This document shows, one piece after another, positions 1 through 12,534 of a DNA stretch of 64,000 bases. The notes under the pieces were generated by a model. That model had not been told where the DNA came from, did no database searches, and saw only the letters and a program-made list of their open reading frames with translations. Source of the DNA: the human T2T-CHM13v2.0 reference genome, Homo sapiens. Location: the NCBI RefSeq assembly GCF_009914755.1, contig NC_060935.1. One strand, 5' to 3'. Positions within the stretch are counted from its first letter, which is position 1; every line of letters begins with the position of its first letter. The position numbers were made by a program, and so were the translations under genes.

Positions 1-503
1 ATTTTACTTATTAGTTCACATTTATAGCGTGGGTTTAATAAGCACACTGTGCAAAAGTCATAAAATACCCTTTTTCTTTAACAATATTTTAAAATCAAGA
101 CTCTTTTCTGAGTCATCTCAGGTTTATTTGCTCATAACTTGCTTCTCCTGTGATTTGAGGCCTAGCACAGCCAACTCTAGCCTGTTATTTGACCTTGAGC
201 TTCAGTGTCTTTATTTGTAATAGGGGAAAGGTATCACTAGTTAATAAAAGTAATAAATTTTAAAAAGCAAGCATTCGACAATCACTATATTCAAAGTGGT
301 TCTGATCTATAAGGTGGTTGAATCTCACATTTCTGAAATGGCTTTATTTTTTTTTCCCACTTTATAGGGGAGGGAACTGAGGCCCAGAGAGGTTAAATGA
401 CTTGCCTGAGGCCACACAGTTGGTGACAGTGGCAGAGCTGGGATGCAAACACAAGTCTGTATGAGTCAAGCTGACACCTCAAATTAACCCTCACAGTATC
501 TAA

Positions 504-1009
<506 letters not shown>

Positions 1010-1019
1010 TTCTTGCTGC

Positions 1020-1535
1020 TTTTAATCTCCTGGAAGCACATTTCTGCCCTCTGATCTTCAGTGGCTCCCCATTGCCTGTGGATAAATTTCATCATCCTTG
1101 GTCTGGCATTCAAGGACCTTAACCATACACCCCTTGCCTTCCGTTTCTGTCTCACTTCCCACTCTGCCCCAACAGGCGGGCTTGGCTCATGGTCTTGGCT
1201 CATGGTCTTGAATACCCGCCCACATGTAGGTACCCTGTGCCTTTGTTTGCCCTGGTCTCTCTGCCTATAGTGCCTTCCTCATCTTCATACATTCCAATCT
1301 TCCCCTTCCTCCAGGAAGCCTTCCCTGGGGCCTCTCACTCCTCTGAATTCATAATGATATGAGGAACCCCTCCTTAGCCACCTGGAACTACAGAGCCATA
1401 GGCATCGTCTTCTGTTGCCCATAATAATGAACAGCACCTTTGAAGGTGTAATCTGTGCCTCTCTCATCCTTGGTGCCCCTGGAATCCCAGGTATATAGCA
1501 AGTGTTCAATTAATGCTTTCCAAATGAGTGAATGT
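1020..1535 (+). mobile_element. L2 3' fragment
   Basis: TGGCTCCCCATTGCC...TGGCATTCAAGG...CCTCCAGGAAGCCTTCCCTG, ending in an L2-type tail. Confidence 0.65.
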
Positions 1536-4500
1536 TCATGTTGCTCATGGTCTCCAGGAAACAGAACTCCCTGTCTTCTCTGTTGAAATCAAGACCAGCC
1601 CCACGCAAATTTCGGGAAATACTTGTCCAAGTTCTACCTACTTTCAACAGCTCTTCCTCCCTCCCTCCCTCCCTACACACTTCCCTCTGTCTTCCTAGAA
1701 TTGTCACATTTCTTCTTGATCAGTGACTCAAACAAAACTGTTTTCCTCTCTTCTTCCATAAAACTTACCTGTCCTGGGTGCCATTTACTTGGTTTACTGC
1801 TGCGTAAATGGCCTTCTGGTTTCTGGCAAATTAATTCCAGCTGTGATGTTCATCGTGGATAATGGTGAAGAAAACGAGATACCCAGGGGCTGCACAACAC
1901 TCTGTTTTTGAGCCTGAGGATTTTGTAGATGAGGAAACTGAGGCCCAGAGGTGGGGAAAGAGGGACTTAGGTAAAGGAATCTGCTGAATTCTCAGTCAAG
2001 TCTCCCTGGGGAACTCTCTGCTGTTTCCTGGGTTATCTTGATCACTGGGATTAGAACTACCACTCTGTTGGTGGTCACTGCACTTTACAGTTTGCATGAA
2101 CTTGACCTACGACAGGCATCTCAGCTGCTCTGTGAGCTTTCACCAAGGCTCAGAGAGGTGGGTTGCCTGTGTCAACCACAGAGCCAGTGTCTAGCAGTGG
2201 AGCCAGGGGTAGAATGCAAGTCGGGCTGTGCCACAGCTGTGCTCTCCCCGCCTCCCCCGTGGATGCCAATGCTCACTGGCTTCCCTACCTGCTGGCAGCA
2301 GCCTTGTGTTTACACCAGACTTCATCTACAGGATGTATTCCCCTGGTTGGAGCAGGTAGCTAGAGAGTGAAGGAGACAGAACCAGGGAAAATGCCAGGCC
2401 AGGCCTCCACGAGAGGGATCTGGCCTCAACGAGTGTGGGATCAGAAGACAGGTGACGTGGGCCAGGCCTGGCTCACAGCCCTCAGAGCTGGGCTTCCTGA
2501 GCTGCTGTGGGATGACCAGGGCCTTGTGACTGTCCACTCCCAGCCCCATCCACCACTCAGCCGTATCCTCCCCAACTGGCACTTCTGGGCCTGGACTTGG
2601 GAAAGGAGCTTTATCTGAGGATGACACACACGTGCATTTACAACGACACATATTCACACACTGAATCCCTCCCCCCGATACACACAGATGCATGCCCACC
2701 CCCACATGCTGCCAACAGTCATGTGCACACATGGGTGACACACGCCCTCCTGAATGTCTCTAGTTCACACTCTATTTTAAACAGTCTAGGTGGCAGCATC
2801 CCACAGTGATCGAGAGCTTCCGCTCATAAAGCAAATAGGGGTTCAAATCCAGTCTATTTCACAGCCGTGTGTCTGAAAGTTACCTAGCTTCTCCAGTCTT
2901 CAGTTTCTCATCAATAAAACGGGGATGATAGCACTGTTAGAATGAAATGGGTGGACATACGTAAAGCACTGACCATGGGACCTTTCTATCTCATTTCTAC
3001 TCAGCTCCCACAGGCAGTCTTAGCCTGTGGTCTCAAATGCCTGCCCCCCACTCCCACATCTGGGTATCTCCACGCCTATGCTCACCCTGGGCCCATTGTC
3101 CACAGCACCCTGCTACCATCTCCACACACCCATATCTGCCCCCTCCTCCGGGAAGCCTTCACATGCTCACGGGTGTTATCAGGGGAATTAGAGGAGGAGA
3201 AGCTCCTCTCCCTTTGAGTTATTACAAGCACAGGCTTCAAAGCTGGCCTGAGAGATGGCAGAGACTGACAGAGGGTCCGTGATCCCCTTTCACAGATGGA
3301 GAAACTGAGGCCCCACGCAGGTGAGGGTGTGCCTGAATGTTCACAGCAAGTTAGTGTGGTGTTGGGACTGGAACCCAGGACTCCTGCCTGTGGGTCCACA
3401 GATGTCACCTCCTTCTCAGAGTGAAGACTCCCCCCTCCATGGATCTGTTAGTTAGGTGGGTGATCTGGTTCTCTCAGCCAGTTTGAGGGAGCATGGAAGT
3501 TGGGGGAGATAGATGGGGGCCAAGGGGGTCCCCAGATGAGCTTGTGTGTGATGGTGGGGTACAGAGAGGAGTGGGAGATGCTGGGGAGGAGAGGCCAAGA
3601 GTGGGGACTGGGACAGGGTTGGCTGAAGCAGGAACCATGGGCGACCCTGGTGAGCCCGCAAGAATGGCATGGCTGTGTATGCTGCTATTGAAACAATCTC
3701 TGTTGTCACCTCTTTCCTGCAGCCGTTTATTTATTTCTTTATCATGCCCTTTTGGAAAATGCTGGGAATGCCACCCCTCCTGGGGAATGCACCCTCCCCC
3801 CGCTCCCCAGTTCACACCGTCTGGTGTGACATTCGTGCTCACCAGCTTGCAGAGCGCTAATGACATTTGCATTTTGCTGGCTGGTGAAATGTGGGCTGTG
3901 CTTGGTGATGGGGGGTAAGGAGATCCTTAGGCAAATGGGAGGTTCCCAGCCTAGAAAGAGGGGCAGGCTTGCTGGTCTGGGGGCCCACGCAGGTCTCTGA
4001 GACGCAGAGAAGGGAGCGAAGGTGGGTGCAGAGGGGACTAATGTCTGGCAGAATTTAGAGATGCTGTTTGTCTAAAGTCTTGCCAGAACACAAGGCAACC
4101 CCAAGTCTGGTGTTCCAGGTCCCCTGACATGCTCATGCACTATCCTCTGCGTCACCTCCTTAACATTTATTGAGCAATTTCTAGACGCCAAATGCTCCTC
4201 TGTGGGCTTCACAGACTTACGAAAGTCATTTTAATTCCCGGCAATCCTCAGGAAAAGATGCTATTATTATTCCCATTTTACAAATGAAGAGTCTGAAGCT
4301 CTGAGAGGACACCTGACTTGCCTCTTCTGGAAAGAGGTTGCACCAGCTTGTGGCCAAGGTCCACCTGCCTCCAAAGCCCGTGCTCTTGGCTACTGTGGGC
4401 AACCTCCTGTTCTTTGTCTGGGCTTGAGCAGAACCAAGAAGCATTTGTCTGCTGAGGCCCAAGACTGGGTAGAGGTGGTGAGCATCGTCCCCCGTCCGCC

Positions 4501-5154
4501 ACCACAGCATGCAACAGGCTCCTGCTATGCTCCTGGGGCTGCTCCAGTCTGACAGCTACAGAAGAGGGTATGGCCCTGGAGAGAGGCCTCAGCATGAGTC
4601 AGGAGAGACCCAGAGTTTAGGCCTTGCTCTGCCACCAACTTGCTGTGTGACTTTGAGCAAGTCAGTGCCCCTCTCTGGGTATCAGTCTCCTTATTGGTAA
4701 AAAGAGGCCATTGGTCTGGCGGCATGGAGCATCCCAGGAATGCATTTTCACACGAGGAAGAAACTTCTCTCCAATCTGCTTGGACTCATGGACTTGCCTT
4801 GCACTCAGACACACAAATTATGTTTTACATAAAAGCAAATCATGAAACATTTGCTGAACCTCCTCTCCCTTCTGCAAGGGGCACTGTGCTAGATGCAGGG
4901 GTTATGACGCTTATGTATTTTTACTCAGCACATGCAAACACAGGCACATGCATACCTTTGTGTCTTAGAATTATTTCCAGGCTATTTCAGTCGGATCTAG
5001 ATGTTGAGTGCCCAATCCTGATGCTCACCTGCAGGCTCCTGCAGTCTTGGTTCCATCACTTCGCCTCCTGCAGGGCCAGGAGAGCCTTTCAAACAGAAAG
5101 AAGAGACCGCAGCTCGGGCAGGTAATCACGGCTGCTTCTGCTTCCCTCTCACAG

Positions 5155-5296
5155 GTGAGCATCTCCTGGACCACCCTCAAGCTTCAGGTGAGCTGAGCTT
5201 CTAACACTACCATCAAAGCAACTGGAACCCCTTGAATTTGATTTCTGGAGACGCGAGCATAATCCTTTTGCAAACATCTCAACGCTGGCTCTCCAG
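5155..5296 (+). other. TSPAN18: Probable non-coding 5'UTR exon of TSPAN18 (142 nt)
   Basis: Pyrimidine tract ctgcttctgcttccctctcacAG (AG 5153-5154), donor CAG|GTAACA (GT 5297), unique sequence, no ATG. The 142-nt length plus 10 nt of UTR in the ATG exon agrees with my recollection of the reference transcript (c.-152 to c.-11), which I cannot verify here. Confidence 0.75.
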
Positions 5297-5654
5297 GTAA
5301 CAGAGGTTAGGCTCATTCAGCAAGGGGATTTCTGCTACTTTTGTTGTTGCTGTTGTTGTTGCTAAGGGTAACCATCAGCAGGGCACCTGTCATTCTCTTT
5401 CATGCATTAGTGTCTGTCTCTCCCATCACACCAAAGGTCCGTGGGCAGGATAGTAAGGGGTGCAGATAGTGTGAGTGGATCTGAGCCAAGGTTGCTGGGG
5501 TCTCACTAGATTAGCCAAGAAGATAACCCTCGGAGGGGCCAGACAGCTGAGAAGGCTGAGGTGCAGGCTAGCCCACCAGGTTGCTGGCCCATGCCCCTCA
5601 AGCTCAACTGGGGAAGGGTGGAACTGTTGCCCAGGTAAGCAAGAACCAGTGGTG

Positions 5655-6472
5655 GGTCAGAAGTAAAGGTTGGCTGCAGTGGGTGGTGAGAGGGCAAAGG
5701 CTGAACTGAGGTCAGATGCTGCATCATTTGGGAGCCAACACTCAAACTGGATTAAGCAAGACAGGCCATTTATTAGCTTTTTAAAATTGGTTTCTAATAT
5801 ATTGGTTTCTAATAATATATATTCCAAATATATATATTCCAAATAATATATTTGGGGCCTATTTATTGGTTTCAAGGCAGGCAGGGCTGAATCCAGGGCT
5901 CAAATGATGCTGTTAGGACCGTATCTCACCACATCCGTGTCCTCTGCCTCCCTCCTTGTGAGCTTCAGTCCTCGGCAGCCACTCTCCATGTGGCCGCAGG
6001 GCAGGCACCTGCAGATCCAGACTGACGCCTTGCTCATTTCAAATCCAATGGAAGGAGAGCTTCTTTTTCCCAGGCGGTCCAACAAAAATCCCAAAGTCAA
6101 GGCTTATTGGATGGTCTTGGGTCACATGACACCTCTGCCCAATCACTGAAACCTGGAGGATAAGATATGCTGATTGGCCAGACTGGGTCAGTTGGTCGGG
6201 GGGCAGTCGGTGCGGGGGTTGGTGGGGTGCGGGTGGTGCTGAGGGAGGTGGTCGGGGCTGTGGGGACTGGTCGGTGCTGGGGTGGGGGCGGTCGGTGCTG
6301 GGCGGGGGGTCGGTGGTTGGGGGTGGTGTGGTGAGGTCGGTAGGTGTCGTGGGTTGGGGAAGTCAGCCTGAATGCATGAGAGGGGATGGACTTGCAAGGG
6401 AAAATCCAAGCATTATTTTTAGAAAAAGGAGAAAGGAATGCTGGGCAGACAAAGCAGCAGATTCTCCCTACT
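5655..6472 (-). mobile_element. Old MLT1 (K/L-like) LTR with internal AT-rich and G-rich expansions
   Basis: CTCAAACTGGATTAAGCAA, GGCTGAATCCAGGGCTCAAATGATG, GGGTCACATG...CCAATCACTG, TGATTGGCCAG and GGAATGCTGGGCAGACAAA resemble recalled old MLT1 consensus blocks. Confidence 0.6.
6190..6360 (+). repeat. G-rich low-complexity tract built on GGTCGG/GGGG units
   Basis: About 170 nt dominated by G, with many G3-G6 runs and about 12 CpGs. Confidence 0.9.
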
Positions 6473-6617
6473 GGTGTCATGTTGGGAGTCGGGGGCGATG
6501 AAGCACCCAGGTGGTCGCATGTGTCCCAGTTGGGATTCTTCCTGTGATTTATGGTACCAGGGTTGGCCTCTCTCTAAGTGCCTCATTTTTAGTGAATCTA
6601 GTATCTGAAAGCCCAAA

Positions 6618-6620
<3 letters not shown>

Positions 6621-6664
<44 letters not shown>
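6621..6664. repeat. (CA)22 microsatellite
   Basis: Uninterrupted CA run, counted directly. Confidence 0.97.
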
Positions 6665-6665
<1 letters not shown>

Positions 6666-8761
6666 CCCCCATGCCTCTGATGGATCTGAGAGTGGTACTT
6701 CACGTTCCAAAAAGATTGTTCCAGAAGGTCTTTCTCATAAAGAGTCCCTGCACTCTCTGATGGCCGCCCCACTATTTCAGCCACCCCAGCGCCTGGCTGC
6801 CTTGAGTAGACCTCCACTCGCCGGGAAGGCCTGTTCCTTTTTCCCCCCACCTCCACTCCTTCATGGCTGAGGGGAGTTTCTTGAGCCTCTTTAGGGTTTT
6901 TTGCGCTAAATGGGCCCCTTCCCAGAAGACCAACCGCAGCCTTGCTTATCTGAAGCCCCTTAGAGGGACAGGGGAGCAGAGGGGGACGGGCACTGGTTGA
7001 GTGGAAGCTCCGTCTCTGGGGGCACGAGGGTACACGTGGCCAGGCCAGCCTGGCAGCCCTGCTGCCCTCCGCCGCGGCAGCTCTGTCCTACATTTAGGGT
7101 GCGATGTGTGATTTCATTTGAGCAAATATTCCTCTGCAGAAAAAATACCGAAAACCACAGCTTGTGATGCTGCCTCCCAGGCAGCTGCCCCTTGCTTGGT
7201 TTTGGTCAACCACAAACCTCCTGGCCCTCCCCCAGTCTCTCTCGCTCTGTGTCTCGCCTGTGGGCTCCAAAGCTCTGACTCACCATGCAGCCAGCTCAGC
7301 GCTCAGCACCACCCTGCCTTATATGGTGAGCTCAGCACCTCTGGGTCAATGAGTGTTAATTCATTTATTCAGCCAATGGCTGTTGAGTGCCTATCATGTG
7401 CCAGGAGCTGTTTAAATGCTGGGGATTGAGGGTGAGCAAAGCCCAAAGGTCCCTGTCCTCAGGGTTCCCTGACCTCTCCTCTGGGAGATCTCCTGAGGGC
7501 AGGACCCTCCTCTGGGTGTCTTGCCCCCAACCCCTCGCCTGATGTCTCAGACAGTGCTAAACCATAACTGGGCTGGCTTGGTAGATATGTCGGTCAGTTA
7601 CTTTCCACAGCATTTTGTAAAGCCCCCACCTGTGCCTGATGCAGCAGAAATAGCAGAATGACTTGGTTCTCAGCCTTTAGGACTTAGGGTGTAAGGTGCC
7701 ACTTGTCATGGCCCTGGGGAGGAGGAAGGGCAGCTGTTAGAGAGATCTGTATGCAGACCTGCTCCTGGAGTGTGCACCTGTTAATAAAACGAATCATACA
7801 AGCTCCACTTCCCAGGCATTCGTCATTCATTCAGATGCACTCAACAGGCACCTCAGAGGCCAGATTTTTAAGGGAGACGATCAAAGTCAAGACATCCAAG
7901 GTAAAGAATGGGAGGGTCCAGAGCTGAAATATAAAGGAAGGCTTGGGGGTTCAGAGGCCAGAAGGAGATGTTACTGCTGCACAGTGGTGGTGTAAAATCA
8001 GGGGATGCAAGGCCTGTGAGCTGTGCCTAGATATAGGCCAGTTTCGGACGTTAGAAAGGACATTCGGGAGGAAGACACAGTGAGAGCAAAGGCCTGGCAG
8101 TGGGACCCTGAGGCTTGAAAGACTGTGCCAGGCAGGAAGCCAGATGAACTCGGTTAGCCTTCTTTCCCGCAGGCCTCCAGGCTTGGCCGTGCTGGGCCTG
8201 GGGCCATCTTGTCTTCAAGGCTGCTTTCAACTACAGCTTGGGTACGGAGTTTAGTAGCGCCTCCCTTTTCCTTTTGTCCTCTTCTTCCCTGGGAAGGGGA
8301 GTTTTGGAGGGCCCTTTCAAAGAGATGGTGCTGCACAAAGACCAAGAGTTCTTAATCCTCTCATTCCTGAGATACTTTACAGAGCTTAGGGCTCATTTTC
8401 ACTTAGAGCATTGCAAGCAGCTGCCCTAGTGGCATACCCTGGGCTGGAAGTTGGGAGACTTGGGTCCCTGCTGCACTACTGATGTCCTTAGCCTCCTGGC
8501 CTATAGTTTGTCAAGCTCCTTCCGCTTGAAACATTGTATTCCATGTCAGACCTGGGTTCGGATCTGAGCTCTGCTAGCAGTACAGCCTCAGTATTCTTAT
8601 AAGTAAGTTAGAGATAGTAATAGTACACTTCTCGTAAGACTGTGTGAAGATGGAAGGAAATACTTGAATGACAGAAAGTGCTTAACAGAGCACCTGCCAG
8701 GGATCAGCATTCAGTGTAGTACTGATGCTATTTGGTGTTGTTATTATTTATATTTCAATCA

Positions 8762-9221
<460 letters not shown>

Positions 9222-11920
9222 TCATTCATTCACCAACACTTCATTGAGCACTTACTGTGTGCCTGGGCCTCTGAGAGGCACGTGGGGTCCTATTGGATAG
9301 GATGCTCAGGGTCCCTGCTCTCGGCAGCTCAGGTCTTCAGGCTGAGGCCTTGGGGAAAATCCCACCCCAGCTTCCCATGGCACCCGAAGCTTTGTTCAAC
9401 CCTCCCTTGCCATCTTGGGCCTAAGGCCTGGGTGAAATGCCAGAGCATCCACTAAAATGGACTGGTCCAGTGTTGCACATGGACCTTATGGGGTGGATTG
9501 CCAAGTCCCAGTTCAGCATCAGGAAAACTAAGTGTTTCACGGGGAAGATGGGCTTGCCCTGGGTGCCAATGGCAAGGTCCTGTTTCATTTTTCACCCCCC
9601 TTTGATGCTTCTTTGGATCCTGAACTGCAAAGGGTTTTGATTATTTCTGGAGGACGCCAAGCCTGTACATGGAAGGTGCTGGGGGTCCAGTCTGCCCCTG
9701 TGTTTGCCTGGCGGTCTCCTTGTGGGTATCTCACCCTCTCTGGTCTCTGGCAGCCAGCAGAGCCTGCCATGTGGGGCATCAGCCAGAGGTTGGTGAATGG
9801 ATGGATGGGTGGAAGGATCACAGTGGATTTACTAGAATCGGTGTTGTCCCAGCCTCAGCCGGGGTGGTTGGACATACCAATCTCTTGGCTTGTTTTTCTG
9901 TGACAATTTGATTTTGGCTCCCGTGGAATATAAGGAATTTTCAAGTAGTGGAATGGACTCAAAACAAATGGCTTTTGAGCTGATTAAGTTTCTCAGTTTG
10001 ATTTCAGGGAGGCAGCCTGGTGTGTACCCTGATTTAAGGACAGAGCTTGCAAACGCCAGCTCTGAGGCTGGGTGACCTTGGGCATGTTATTGAGTCTCTC
10101 TCAAATTCTCAACTCTCATCTAGAAAATGGTAGCACTAATGGCATCATAGGGCTGCGATGAGCTTTAAATTAAATAATGAGTGTTAAAACAGTTGCAGAG
10201 CTCTGGGCACGTGGTAAATGCTCAAGAAAGGATGATGATGGTGTATTTAATGAACACCCTTAAGCTATTTGTTGCATCTTCTTGCTCCCACACGGGTTTT
10301 TCCAGACTAGTTTGCATTTGTAAGACAAAAAAGTTACTTTGAAAAGTTATTATTACACAAGCAATATAGGCTTCTTAAAAATTCAAATGATCTGGAAGGA
10401 TTTAAATTAAAAAGCAAATTCCTCTTCCCTCCACCTGCCAACCCCATCAGTCCCTTTTCCTAGCAACATTCTCTTTGAATGTGGGGTTCTTCAAGACTAG
10501 AACTTTTCTTCTTTTTTTTCTCTCCTTAAGGACAGGGGACAGCTATGCAGTCAGGAGGGGACAGTAGCCTGGTGGCTGTTGCAGCCAGTTGTCATCCAGG
10601 CTAAAAGTCCTGAGGCTGGTGCCAAGGGGTCTCAGTGGAGCAGGAACAGGAGCAGGAGCAGTCGGGTCCCTTAGGCAGCCTGGCTTCCCCAGCACTGTTT
10701 GCTCTGAGTCACAGGGGTCTCCAGCACTCTATGGGGTCTCAGAGTCCTGGGGATGGGAGTGGCCTGAGCCGAACCACATTCAGTCCAGGCTTGGAGTGCC
10801 AGCCTCACAAACAATGTGGATGGCCACCTGCTGGGGGCCCCTCTTCTGTCACAGTGCCCCAGGGCTCAGTCCAGCTCCAGCTTCTGTGACCCCGGCAGCA
10901 CAATCGATTGTTCCTGCTCACCTTCTGACAGTCTGCACTCCCAGCTGTGCCCTCTGCTGCCACACTCGGGCAGAGGCCCAGGTCCAAGTGAACACAATTG
11001 GCATTAGGTTCCAGCAGGACTGGCATGGGGCCCAGCACATCATCGGTGCTAAATGGACTTGCAGCAGGTACGAGGTGTGCCGTCTGCCTTTACTTCTCTA
11101 AATCTGATTAAATCTGCCTTCAGCTCCCTCCACGAATTTGAAAGACATTCAATCCCAATTATGTTGGGGAGTGGATTTCTTGCCACCTAGGATCACATAG
11201 GAGTCTTGGTGGCCTTATGTGATCCGAAACATTTGGGAAAGGCTGCTGGACTTGAGCCCACACAGGGGCCCCGCAGACAGGCTTCTTTGCCAATCTCAGG
11301 GTCTAATGAGGCCAGGTGGGCAGCAGCTATTTCTGTGCTAGCCAGGGCACAGCTGTGGTCTTTGGTTGCAACTCCGAGCTATGAGCTTCGGTGTTCAGTC
11401 TCCCAACCATTCTCTGGCATCTCAGGATCACTCCATTAAAGCCTGATCACCTCTTGGAAGAGCTGTTCCGGGAACAGGGCACCTGAGCTTGTAACTTTTG
11501 GATCCTACCAATCTGGCTGATCTCCAGAAACACTCTCCACCCCTCCCCTCAAGCCTGCTGCCTCTGCTGCCCTCCTCTGCAGGCTCACACTGCAGCCACC
11601 TTCATGGGCTTCAGCCTAAGCTGTCTTCCTAGACCCAGCCATTTTCTGACTGGCCTGGGAAACCAGCCGCCCCCAAGGCATAGGACCCAAAGACTTGGCC
11701 ACCATCTTCGGAAAGAAGAGAGAAGAATGCCCACTGCAGAGTGAACAAATTGGGGAAAAAAAGTCTCAAGACATAATCCTGTCACTCTCATTGGCTGCAA
11801 CAAATGCATCAATACCTTTCATTCAAGTATTGATTGAACACCAACCTTAAATCAGATTCTTTCAGAGACTGGAGGTAAAAAAATAATAAAAGACCAACCT
11901 CAAGTTGCTCAGGGTTTAAA

Positions 11921-12108
11921 TAGTGGTTCTCAAACATGATCCTCAGACCAGCATCACCAGCATCTCCTGGGAACCTGGATATGCAGATTTTCAGACCTCC
12001 ACTCCAGACCCACTGAATCAGAAACTTGAGAGTGGTGAGGCCCGGCACCCTGGGTTTTGACAAGCCCTCCAGGAGATTCTGATGGAAGCTCAAGTTTGAG
12101 GGTCCCTG
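11921..12108. mobile_element. MER5A hAT-Charlie element
   Basis: AGTGGTTCTCAAA...CAGCATC.CCTGGGAAC...CTGAATCAGAAACT...ACAAGCCCTCCAGG.GATTCTGATG...AAGTTTGAG. Confidence 0.85.
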
Positions 12109-12218
12109 AGGGCAACAGCAGGCAGTGGTCTGTCTAATACACTGCAGTGCATCAGCCCATAGACCAGGTGATGCACGCTGGGGAAGGGGGAGGTACTGGA
12201 GAAGGCTTGGTTTATGAA

Positions 12219-12220
<2 letters not shown>

Positions 12221-12252
<32 letters not shown>

Positions 12253-12534
12253 CAGACAGAGTCTCGCTCTGTCACCCAGGCTGGAGTGGAGTGGCCCGAT
12301 CTCGGCTCACTGCAACCTCCACCTCCCCAGTTCAAGTAATTCTCCTGCCTCAGTCTCCTGAGTAGCTGGGACTACAGGCATGCACCACCACATCCAGCTA
12401 ATTTGTGTATTTTTAGTAGAGATGGGGTTTCACCATGTTGACCAGGGTGGTCTCAAACTCCTGACCTCAGGTGATCCACCCTCCTCAGCCTCCCAAAGTG
12501 CTGGGATTACAGGTACGAGCCACCACACCCGGCT
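12221..12534 (-). mobile_element. Alu (AluSx/Sz-like), antisense, T32 tail
   Basis: Full dimer; degenerate TSD GTTTATGAAT / GTTTATGTAT. Confidence 0.95.

Noticed and set aside
1181-1210. 13-bp tandem duplication CTTGGCTCATGGT x2
   Set aside because: Ordinary slippage inside an L2 fragment.
5122-5154. GT...AG as a 33-nt micro-intron
   Set aside because: Well below the practical minimum for human spliceosomal introns (about 65-70 nt).
6700-7200. CpG-island promoter
   Set aside because: CpGs are only modestly raised. No CpG island is evident anywhere in the window, so the main promoter probably lies upstream.
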